A stretch of DNA of 64,000 bases, from the IMG/VR virus record IMGVR_UViG_3300032050_000084; one strand, written 5' to 3'. Each line of letters begins with the position of its first letter. The first letter of the stretch is position 1. This document shows positions 29,920 through 37,737 of the stretch, piece by piece. Source of the DNA: an uncultured virus (IMG/VR IMGVR_UViG_3300032050_000084) (Duplodnaviria; Heunggongvirae; Uroviricota; Caudoviricetes). Below the pieces are notes generated by a model. It worked only from the letters and a program-made list of their open reading frames with translations, made no database searches and was not told the origin of the DNA. The position numbers were made by a program, and so were the translations under genes.

Positions 29920-31985
29920 TGCCAGGTCAAGCGAAGGTTGGCGGTACTTGGAGGACGGCGTCTCGTCTTTCAGTTAAAATAAGCGGTCAATGGAAAACCG
30001 TTACTGCTGCCTACGTTAAAGTTAATGGTCAATGGCGTCAATGGTTTGCTTCTAGAATAGAGGACACCTTTAGCAGAGCGTCTTCCGTATCATCTTTGGG
30101 AACGGCTGAAAGTGGACAAACATGGTTGTCTTTTGGTGGTGGTGTTTGGAAAGTAAATGGGTCTCAACAAGCATCATGTGATGAAAGCCCCAGCAGCAAT
30201 GCATTAACCGTAGCAGATTTATATAGCTCTAGTTTTGACGCTAGGGTAAGTACTAGCGGCGGTGTCGGGTTAGCTTTTTGGGTAACAGACTCTAATAATT
30301 GGTGGGCAGCAGTACCTAGATACTCGTTGTCTGATGGCGTATACCTATCATCTATTGATGTTATTAGAAATGTGTCGGGAACAAGATCAACGGTATATAC
30401 CGCGGTAATAAATTATAGTAGTTCTGCCTACACGTCTATAAATAGCATTTCTGTAAAATCTTTAGACGGAACGTTAAGGATAATCGCTTATTCTGATCTT
30501 TTAGCAACTACTCAATTATCAGTGCCGCTAATAGTCACTCCCCCATCTCCTGTTCAAGGTACTTATATTGGGTTAATTAAAACTTTAAGTTCTGATCAAC
30601 AGGGTAGCACTGCAGACAATATTTACATAACGTCTCCCGCAACTACCGAAGCGACTTCATCTTTTTATCAAGTCGGTACATTTCTCAATGAGTTGTATTG
30701 CAGCGGAGTAAATAGACGTCAACGTCTTGGGTACCTTCGATATAGTTCTGCAGGAGTTACTAATAATGAATTTATATTAGACAAATTAGTAGAATCTAAC
30801 TCGGTGGTATGCGGATATGTAGCTCCACCACCACCTCCGCCACCACCGCCTCCACCTCCACCGCCACCTCCTCCTCCGCCACCAGGGCCAGGAGGATGTA
30901 CTATCACTTCGTACTCAGCATGGTCATACAGCGGTATTACTTGGAGCGGTAACTGCGTTAACAACACTGAATCCGGTACAGCTACTACTAGGACTAGAAC
31001 TGATAACTGTAACAATAGTTATACTGAAACTGGTAGTTTTGCTACTGCTCGTACTTGTACTGTTCAATGTGGATCTTGTGAAACCTATACGTTTACACAA
31101 CCTACATGTAACGGGGAAGATTCCTACGTAGGAAACTACACCGGTTATAGAAGACTCTGTGATGGGGTCTATACTACTGATGGTTGTCCTGCAGCTACCC
31201 TTACGAGCTATGGTAATTGTATTGCTGTAAACGTTTCTGGTTGCGGGGGTAGTGGCGGCTCTGGAAGCAGCTGCCCTACATTAACTTGTGGCACTCAATA
31301 TGGAAGTACTCAAGGACCTGTAGGTAGCGGAAGCTGCCCTGATGGATCTTGCCCGGGATGCACTAACTATCAAACTTATTGGCCTAAGTGTTCGGATGGA
31401 ACTACAAACTATGGTAGCCCATACTATGTTGGTCTTGGTTGTAGCACTCCACCGCCACCACCTCCGCCACCACCACCCCCTCCACCTGCTCCCTGTGGGT
31501 GTAACGATTGCGGTTGCTGCGGTTTGTGTGATGAAATACCTTCAGGAACTGTATACCGAGCTGAGTGTTGCGGTAATGCCTTGCGTATAGCAAACTATAA
31601 TTGTTGTGGAAGCATATCTGGATACTCTTACGTATGTCAGGATAGTTGTACGCCACCTCCACCACCGCCTCCACCGCCACCGCCACCTCCACCTCCACCA
31701 CCTCCACCTCCACCACCTCCACCAGCGGATCCATGTAGTAATGTGAGCTGTCCGACTTGCTATGAGTGTTTCTTAGGATTTTGTGAGTTTGTTGGCTGTC
31801 CGTCAACACCTCCGCCTCCACCACCTCCGCCTCCGCCTCCACCACCACCTCCACCTCCAGGTTGTGTACCTAACCAAGGAGATATCTGTGAAGTCTACGG
31901 TTATGGCCCTGGCGGAGAGTGCGCTAGACTGGGTACCGTAAGCTGTGCAGGTAACTGTACTAACTTGGGAGGCATCGTTTGCTAA
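29919..31985 (+). CDS. Fibre-like protein with four polyproline runs and Cys-rich modules
   Basis: N-terminal KVGGTW/VKISGQW/VKVNGQW repeats; Pro runs of 20, 13, 24 and 17 residues. Confidence 0.8.
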   Translation: MPGQAKVGGTWRTASRLSVKISGQWKTVTAAYVKVNGQWRQWFASRIEDTFSRASSVSSLGTAESGQTWLSFGGGVWKVNGSQQASCDESPSSNALTVADLYSSSFDARVSTSGGVGLAFWVTDSNNWWAAVPRYSLSDGVYLSSIDVIRNVSGTRSTVYTAVINYSSSAYTSINSISVKSLDGTLRIIAYSDLLATTQLSVPLIVTPPSPVQGTYIGLIKTLSSDQQGSTADNIYITSPATTEATSSFYQVGTFLNELYCSGVNRRQRLGYLRYSSAGVTNNEFILDKLVESNSVVCGYVAPPPPPPPPPPPPPPPPPPPPGPGGCTITSYSAWSYSGITWSGNCVNNTESGTATTRTRTDNCNNSYTETGSFATARTCTVQCGSCETYTFTQPTCNGEDSYVGNYTGYRRLCDGVYTTDGCPAATLTSYGNCIAVNVSGCGGSGGSGSSCPTLTCGTQYGSTQGPVGSGSCPDGSCPGCTNYQTYWPKCSDGTTNYGSPYYVGLGCSTPPPPPPPPPPPPPAPCGCNDCGCCGLCDEIPSGTVYRAECCGNALRIANYNCCGSISGYSYVCQDSCTPPPPPPPPPPPPPPPPPPPPPPPPADPCSNVSCPTCYECFLGFCEFVGCPSTPPPPPPPPPPPPPPPPPGCVPNQGDICEVYGYGPGGECARLGTVSCAGNCTNLGGIVC

Positions 31986-32425
31986 CAAAACGATTTGCAT
32001 TTGTTGTTGAAGGCGATGTGTTCTTAACTATGGACCTACCTGATCAACCCAGCGATATTAGTACAAGAAGTTGGGACAGATGGATTGCGGCATTTAGCTC
32101 TGATCCATCAGTCATAAATATCGACCGTTACCCTAACGTGGACAAAACGTACACATATAAGGATGGAATTTTTTATTCTGACTCTGAAATGCTATATCCG
32201 GCTACAGAAGTTGAGAGCGTTTCAGAAGGTATCTGTAGGGTAGCTGTGGTTGTTGATGAGGATGTAGTAGGAACAATTACCTATGTTAAAGAGGATATGG
32301 ATCCAGAAGATTTTTATAGGATTCAGGCTGGTTTATCCTCTGATGCCCATGTATTTCCCTGCTCCCAAGAAGTTTCTATTGGTTGGGTGCATGACGGAAC
32401 CGCCTTTTTACCCCACACCAATTAA
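31979..32425 (+). CDS. Hypothetical protein with duplicated module (fibre-assembly-like)
   Basis: GGAGG SD + TTG; FAFVVEGDV...SSDP and VAVVVDEDV...SSDA...GWVHDG repeats. Confidence 0.6.
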   Translation: MLTKRFAFVVEGDVFLTMDLPDQPSDISTRSWDRWIAAFSSDPSVINIDRYPNVDKTYTYKDGIFYSDSEMLYPATEVESVSEGICRVAVVVDEDVVGTITYVKEDMDPEDFYRIQAGLSSDAHVFPCSQEVSIGWVHDGTAFLPHTN

Positions 32426-32443
32426 GTAGGGTACACTATACGC

Positions 32444-32704
32444 ATGTCTGCATGGAAAGAATATAAGCAAAAACTCCAAGATATGAAAGAAGCTCAAGGA
32501 GAAACTAGACCTTGGCAACTTTTAAATAAGGATAATTACACTACCGACGCTATAGCTGAGCTTAGGTTTAACATTTGTAGGGGCTGCGAATTTCTTACAA
32601 AATCTACAAACCAGTGTAAAAAATGCGGTTGTTTAATGCACCTAAAAACTAAATTAAAACTTGCGGAATGTCCCGTAGGAAAATGGTCTAAAACGGAAGA
32701 TTAA
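32444..32704 (+). CDS. Small Cys-rich protein, DUF6171-like
   Basis: RFNICRGC...QCKKCGC.M..K.....CP.GKW; TACACT 6 nt before ATG. Confidence 0.7.
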   Translation: MSAWKEYKQKLQDMKEAQGETRPWQLLNKDNYTTDAIAELRFNICRGCEFLTKSTNQCKKCGCLMHLKTKLKLAECPVGKWSKTED

Positions 32705-32714
32705 GAGGGCTAAA

Positions 32715-33275
32715 ATGTTTAATCCAAAAGTAGTATCAAATTTTTTATCTAAAGAAGATTGCGAATACGTAGTAACCACCGTATCTAAAGTAGATACTTG
32801 GGAGGGTGCGGGCAATGATTTTTGGTCTAATAGGGCTTTAGGACTTCCCAACCTTAGAAAAAACATAGACCCTAAAGTTGCAGATATTGTTGCCGAAGCC
32901 ACCATAAAAGTTAAAAACGCTATTATGTTTGAGTACGGCCTAGACAAAGAAGTTTACGCAGATCTTACTCAAATTATTCGTTGGTTTCCCGGAATGGAGC
33001 AACCCCCTCACGCAGACGACATGACTAATACAGAACATAGAGGTTTTGAGCATAGGGTATTTGGAGCGATAATTTATTTAAACGATAACTATTCTGGGGG
33101 TCATACGTACTACCCGGAGCATAATTTTGAGGTTATACCAAAAGCTGGAAACTTAGCTATACATCCTGGTGATCCTGAACATCTTCATGGCGTAACTAAA
33201 ATAGAAGATAGCACTAGGTACACGATTGCTTCTTTTTGGACTTTTGATAAATCTAAAGAGTATGCGTTGTACTAA
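32715..33275 (+). CDS. 2OG-Fe(II) oxygenase, prolyl-4-hydroxylase-like
   Basis: HAD, IIYLNDNYSGG, PKAG, HGV...RYT facial triad and 2OG-binding Arg. Confidence 0.88.
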   Translation: MFNPKVVSNFLSKEDCEYVVTTVSKVDTWEGAGNDFWSNRALGLPNLRKNIDPKVADIVAEATIKVKNAIMFEYGLDKEVYADLTQIIRWFPGMEQPPHADDMTNTEHRGFEHRVFGAIIYLNDNYSGGHTYYPEHNFEVIPKAGNLAIHPGDPEHLHGVTKIEDSTRYTIASFWTFDKSKEYALY

Positions 33276-34168
33276 TGCATGAAAAAATACTTATTTCTGT
33301 CCCTTCATATAGAGAAATAGAATTAGAACACACTGTTCGTTCTTTTTATGAAGACGCTAAGTATAAAGATCGTATCTTATTCTCTGTAGTATCTCAAGAC
33401 TACGAGCATCCAGATCTTTCATTTATACCTACTTTAAATTTAAGATATCTAAAAGTAAATCCAAAAGAAACTTACGGCGTAACTTGGGCGCGATCTTTAT
33501 CAACCGCCATGTTTAGCGATTACGATTATGTTCTTCAGATAGACGCACACATGTTTTCTGTAAAAAATTGGGATGTCGACATAATAAATGTATATAAAAA
33601 AGCAAAAGAAAAATTCAATTCCCCAGTAGTTTTGAGCGCATACCCCGCGATGTATAGACTATATTCCAATGGAAACAGAGAAACAGGACCGGTTTTACGT
33701 ATGTCCCACGCCGTATTAGAAGGTGCCCAGTTTAGAAATTGGCCTAGTCATAAAGAAGCCGAAGACTTAACAGAACACCACTATATACATGGAGCTTGCG
33801 TTTTTTCTGAAAAAGAGTTTTTGTTAAAAGTGCCTCAAGACCCAGAATTAGATTTTTTTTGTGATGAGATGTGTTTAAGTATTAGGGCTTTTTATCACGG
33901 CTACCCAATAGTTTTTTTTAATAACCCGGTATTTTTTCATTTTTACTCGCAAGATAGAATAGCTATACAAAGTAACGTAAAGCCGTGGAATGATGGCCAC
34001 CCCAAATTAGACATGTTAAATGATACCTCTAGGGGAAACAAATTTATACGCGGAGAGCTTGAAGGTTTTTATGGTGTCCCTAAAAAAACTATAGATGAGT
34101 TTTGTAAATTAACCGGGTATATAGTTCCTTTAAACATAAGCAAAATAGGGGTGCCAACTCATGATTAA
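33275..34168 (+). CDS. GT60/Gnt1-like (hydroxyproline) GlcNAc transferase
   Basis: ILISVPSYRE..L..T...AK, G..WAR, YVLQIDAH.F...WD, VLSAYP motifs of the Skp1 GlcNAc-transferase family. Confidence 0.78.
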   Translation: MHEKILISVPSYREIELEHTVRSFYEDAKYKDRILFSVVSQDYEHPDLSFIPTLNLRYLKVNPKETYGVTWARSLSTAMFSDYDYVLQIDAHMFSVKNWDVDIINVYKKAKEKFNSPVVLSAYPAMYRLYSNGNRETGPVLRMSHAVLEGAQFRNWPSHKEAEDLTEHHYIHGACVFSEKEFLLKVPQDPELDFFCDEMCLSIRAFYHGYPIVFFNNPVFFHFYSQDRIAIQSNVKPWNDGHPKLDMLNDTSRGNKFIRGELEGFYGVPKKTIDEFCKLTGYIVPLNISKIGVPTHD

Positions 34169-34895
34169 TAAAGACACTTTTGTTCCAAAACAAACGTTAG
34201 TTGTCGTACCACAACCAGGGATAGACAAAAAGGATATTGATAAGCTTTTAATACCTCTGACAGAAATTAAAAAAAGAGATTGGTTTACTTCTCACTTTTA
34301 CTATTGCCTTCCGCTGTCTATAGGAAATGTTTATGGGTTTATAGTAAGAGCTGAACGAGACGTAACTGTTCATTGGAATGGGGACGACTCTATACATGGC
34401 CTTATAATAAATCAAAAACATGAAGACGCTAGATGTCAACGATTTGATGGTCATTTTGGTTCTGGAATATTAACAATTCAAAACTTATGGCATTATCGAA
34501 CTCCGCCAGGAATAAATTTAATGACTATAACCCCACCTAATTTTCCTCAACACGGGCTTATGCATATGACTGGGGTAATAGAGACTGATAATCTTAGTCG
34601 TGATTTTACCTTTAATTTAAAAGTCACCAAACCTAATATCTATGTGACTATAAAGGCAGGAGATCCTATTGGAGCTTTTATACCAATACCTAGATATTTT
34701 GCAGATCGTTTTACCATCAAATATGCAGACGAACTGTTTACCCCTGAAGAGATTGAGTTAGAGTACAAAGCCGGGACCGAATTAGCTAGGCAACGGCAAC
34801 AAGAGGACATGCTAAAGCCCCACTCAGCCGGAAGAAAATATTTTAGGGGTAGGGATGCCTGGGATAACCCTTTTATTGATCATCAAAAGAAGTAG
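34161..34895 (+). CDS. DUF6065-like protein
   Basis: RDWF...YCLPL..GN.YG, HFGSGILT, RTPPG, PPN, GVIETD, FTFN.K motifs. Confidence 0.7.
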   Translation: MINKDTFVPKQTLVVVPQPGIDKKDIDKLLIPLTEIKKRDWFTSHFYYCLPLSIGNVYGFIVRAERDVTVHWNGDDSIHGLIINQKHEDARCQRFDGHFGSGILTIQNLWHYRTPPGINLMTITPPNFPQHGLMHMTGVIETDNLSRDFTFNLKVTKPNIYVTIKAGDPIGAFIPIPRYFADRFTIKYADELFTPEEIELEYKAGTELARQRQQEDMLKPHSAGRKYFRGRDAWDNPFIDHQKK

Positions 34896-34942
34896 GTTTT
34901 GTAAACCCTATAGGTTAGGTCTTTTAGGGATATACTCTCTAT

Positions 34943-35560
34943 ATGCGTGGAGAACGAGTCGAAGGTTCCAGATTTACGATCAATCATGAACGTGGATCGA
35001 TTATTAAGGGCACCACAAAAGAAATAGTACGTACCGTAGGCTATGACTTAGAGTGGTGGCTTTATGACCCTGTTGCTACTGTTGTTGACCCCATATACGA
35101 CGTTGGAGCTAATACTGGGGGACGTCGTTGGGTTGGCCCATACCACATTCCCGTTATTAACGCTACCTTGACACAAGGCAGTACGGTGCCTAGTGACCGT
35201 GGTTTCTACAACACCGACGTTTTAAATATAACAATAAATATGGATATAGCAGAAGGCAGCTCGCTATCAACTAGTGAGACGTTGCTTATCCCAGAATTAA
35301 GAGCCCTACCTACAAACCCAGATGCTTTTTTAAGAGATCGCGTTGTATTTAAGAACCAGGTATTTAGCCCTAGACAGGTACTACCTAAGGGGATTATTAC
35401 TAATGACTACACCTTATTTTCTGTAGTCTGCTACCAGGTAAACGCTGAAGAGCTTATTAATGACCCACAGTTTGCAGAGTACGCGACCTACACTCCATTT
35501 GGTCCTAGAGATAGATACTCATTCTATGAGGATCCTGAAGGAACTGTGCCAGGTATTTAA
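34943..35560 (+). CDS. Putative head-closure/neck protein
   Basis: Position before tail genes; DPIYD...RGFY..D.L..DRVVF.N.VF. Confidence 0.5.
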   Translation: MRGERVEGSRFTINHERGSIIKGTTKEIVRTVGYDLEWWLYDPVATVVDPIYDVGANTGGRRWVGPYHIPVINATLTQGSTVPSDRGFYNTDVLNITINMDIAEGSSLSTSETLLIPELRALPTNPDAFLRDRVVFKNQVFSPRQVLPKGIITNDYTLFSVVCYQVNAEELINDPQFAEYATYTPFGPRDRYSFYEDPEGTVPGI

Positions 35561-35697
35561 TGCCCTTTAAATCCGAAGCTCAGCGTAAATGGATGTATGC
35601 TAATGACCCTAAAATGGCTGAAAAGTGGGGGGGTGAAACCCCTAAGGGTAAGAAGCTCCCTAAGAAAGTGAAGAAAAAAAGTGGCAAAAAGCGATAA
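35560..35697 (+). CDS. Small basic protein (45 aa, not in track)
   Basis: TAATG coupling; MPFKSEAQRKWMYAN.P.MA..W...TPKGKKLP. Confidence 0.7.
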   Translation: MPFKSEAQRKWMYANDPKMAEKWGGETPKGKKLPKKVKKKSGKKR

Positions 35698-35851
35698 GCC
35701 TGTTTGGGATAAAAAAGATCCTACTCCGGGTAAATCAAAGAAACTTAGCAAGAAGCAAAAGGCTTCTGCTAGGGCTAGGGCTCGGGCAGCAGGCCGTCCC
35801 TATCCTAACCTCGTAGACAATATGGCTGCTGCCAGAAAGAAGAAAAAATAA
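35681..35851 (+). CDS. Small basic protein (56 aa, not in track)
   Basis: GTG start; ...KASARARARAAGRPYPNLVDNMAAARKKKK; stop overlaps the next ATG. Confidence 0.65.
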   Translation: MAKSDKPVWDKKDPTPGKSKKLSKKQKASARARARAAGRPYPNLVDNMAAARKKKK

Positions 35852-35922
35852 TGTGCGCTGGATGTGGATGCAAAAAAGGTAAGTGCAAAACCAAAGCTTG
35901 CAAGTGCAAGTGCTGTAAGTAG
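35851..35922 (+). CDS. 23 aa Cys/Lys-rich metallothionein-like peptide (not in track)
   Basis: MCAGCGCKKGKCKTKACKCKCCK; TAATG coupling. Confidence 0.55.
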   Translation: MCAGCGCKKGKCKTKACKCKCCK

Positions 35923-35928
35923 GCCGAC

Positions 35929-36060
35929 ATGTGTGCAACTTGCGGATGTATGCGCCCCAAAGATAAGCACGGCGAGAAGACTCTAACCGCTGCCAACAAG
36001 AAGTATGCTAGTACTAAGAAGAAGGCTGCCAGTAAAAAGGCTGCCAAGAAAGGGAAATAA
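35929..36060 (+). CDS. Small basic protein with MCATCGC N-terminus (43 aa, not in track)
   Basis: Open frame; stop overlaps the next ATG. Confidence 0.6.
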   Translation: MCATCGCMRPKDKHGEKTLTAANKKYASTKKKAASKKAAKKGK

Positions 36061-36203
36061 TGGCGCTAAAAGGTGGACAGAAAAAACTCGATGCCAACAA
36101 GAACAATAAGGTTGACAGCGGTGACTTTGCTATTCTCCGTAAAAAGGGTAGCTCTAAAGCACAAGGTAAAAAGCAAGCCATGCCTCGTAAGAAAGGCATG
36201 TAA
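36060..36203 (+). CDS. Small basic protein with an EF-hand-like loop (47 aa, not in track)
   Basis: LDANKNNKVDSGDFAIL; TAATG coupling on both sides. Confidence 0.65.
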   Translation: MALKGGQKKLDANKNNKVDSGDFAILRKKGSSKAQGKKQAMPRKKGM

Positions 36204-36490
36204 TGTCTAGAAAGCGGCTTCCCTATAACAAGAAAAATGACAAAAAGCAGGACGCCAAAACTACTAAAGGAATGTCCAAAGAAGAAAAAGAAGAGTTTGA
36301 AAAATTGGACACAGCCCATGGGAAGCGTAATAAGCCTGAGAGTCAAACCGCAGACCGTAAGATCGATGAGCGTCTAAAAAAGAAGGCTGAAAAGAAAGTC
36401 GAAAAACGCCATGAAGCCAAGGAAGGCAAAAAGGGCGAGCGCGAAGAAGAGAAGCGGGAACATAAGAAAAAGAAGCACAAAAAGAAGTAA
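36203..36490 (+). CDS. Highly charged small protein
   Basis: 95 aa Lys/Glu-rich, coupled start. Confidence 0.65.
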   Translation: MSRKRLPYNKKNDKKQDAKTTKGMSKEEKEEFEKLDTAHGKRNKPESQTADRKIDERLKKKAEKKVEKRHEAKEGKKGEREEEKREHKKKKHKKK

Positions 36491-36496
36491 CCAGTT

Positions 36497-36523
36497 AGGC
36501 CCCGAAAGGGGCCTTTCTTGTTT
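36497..36523 (+). terminator. Intrinsic terminator
   Basis: AGGCCCC-GAAA-GGGGCCT TTCTTGTTT. Confidence 0.8.
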
Positions 36524-36595
36524 ATCCTTATCTATGACGCCGGGGAAACCCGGAACCCTGCTATACCCTGCACGCCTCATGATGGAGGATTTGAG

Positions 36596-36769
36596 ATGAT
36601 TAATCTTGCACGAAAATTGATGCAAGCCGAGACAGACGCTGATAAACAAGAGTTTGTCCGAGGATTAGTTGGCGCTACTCCTGAAAAGGGGAAGAAGGCC
36701 GCAGTGGTGGGATTCGTAGCAGGATACCTACTCTCCTCGAAACTCGGTAAAAGTGACAAGCGTAAGTAA
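36596..36769 (+). CDS. Small protein with a hydrophobic C-terminal segment
   Basis: GGAGG SD before ATG 36596. Confidence 0.6.
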   Translation: MINLARKLMQAETDADKQEFVRGLVGATPEKGKKAAVVGFVAGYLLSSKLGKSDKRK

Positions 36770-37076
36770 CTTCATCTCGAAGCATATTCAACAGGGTCAG
36801 CAGAAAGCAGCTAAGAAACTTACTGCACAGCTACGCCGTAAAGCCTACCAATCTGGTTGGCCATCTGGCGCTTCTAGACATCTAACGGTTGTCCCTTCTG
36901 ATCTAAGCTACAAAGTTACCTATCCAGCAAAGCATGCCCAAACTGTAGAGGATGCTGAATACGGTACTGAGCATTCTCAACCTAATCCAGTAGTTCGTAA
37001 TTTTTTGACTGGAGTAAAAGATACAGAGATGACTGCATACTTTGATAGAGTATTAAAGAAGGGTGGGCTGTTCTAA
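36753..37076 (+). CDS. Putative tail completion/neck protein (HK97 gp10-like)
   Basis: AEYGT....P.P..R.F motif; position. Confidence 0.55.
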   Translation: MTSVSNFISKHIQQGQQKAAKKLTAQLRRKAYQSGWPSGASRHLTVVPSDLSYKVTYPAKHAQTVEDAEYGTEHSQPNPVVRNFLTGVKDTEMTAYFDRVLKKGGLF

Positions 37077-37690
37077 TGCCATTTATTTTAAATGAGGACC
37101 AGGCGCTAAAGGCAGCCCTGTCTGGAATCACGGTATCTGACTCAGGTAACTCAGCACGTCCAGTAGGCGTATGGTTTGGGCAGCCTGATCCAGAAATTAG
37201 ATTTCAATCCTATCCGTATATCACTATAGATTTAATAAATGTAACTATTGACTCTGAAAGAGAAATGCGTGGCGAGTGGTACTTCACTCCCGGAGAACAT
37301 AAATATAGTCCTGAAGGAACTGTGGACGGGCAAGAATATAGGTCAAGTCTTCCTATTCCCGTATATCTAGATTATCAAATTACTACATATGCTCGTCAAC
37401 CAAGACATGACCGGCAGATTATATACGAGTTAACTAAACCAACTCGTATCCCATTTAGATTTGGCGGCCTAGTAATCCCAGAAGATCGAAGCATTCGTCG
37501 TCTGGATCTTATCGGGTTTGCCAAAAGAGACACGACTGAACAAGACAAGCGCTTGTTTAGAAATGTTTACACTGTCCGAATTAGCTCTGAGCTCTTCCAG
37601 AAAGAGTTTGCAGATGTCTATAAGGTCACTCAAAATCCAAATATCGATATCCAATACACGGCCACTCCATTCGAAACAATAACGCTATAA
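37076..37690 (+). CDS. Putative tail terminator/sheath-stabilising protein
   Basis: YPYITIDL, PIPVYLDYQIT; directly upstream of the sheath gene. Confidence 0.6.
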   Translation: MPFILNEDQALKAALSGITVSDSGNSARPVGVWFGQPDPEIRFQSYPYITIDLINVTIDSEREMRGEWYFTPGEHKYSPEGTVDGQEYRSSLPIPVYLDYQITTYARQPRHDRQIIYELTKPTRIPFRFGGLVIPEDRSIRRLDLIGFAKRDTTEQDKRLFRNVYTVRISSELFQKEFADVYKVTQNPNIDIQYTATPFETITL

Positions 37691-37737
37691 CATGGAAACT
37701 CGAGACAATATAAACCTAAACTCAAGGAGAAATACAT

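Noticed and set aside
30719..32000. Minus-strand poly-Gly and Val/Glu ORFs (30719, 31402, 31803)
   Set aside because: These are shadows of the polyproline codons on the + strand.
32715..34168. Oxygenase + glycosyltransferase as a DNA hypermodification (TET/JBP-type) pair
   Set aside because: The motifs fit P4H-like and Gnt1-like protein-modifying families, and the genes lie among fibre genes rather than replication genes; disfavoured but not formally excluded.
36536..36595. CCGGG-GAAA-CCCGG-AACCC as a c-di-AMP (ydaO) riboswitch fragment
   Set aside because: Too short, and it lacks the remaining conserved elements; probably a simple 5' hairpin.
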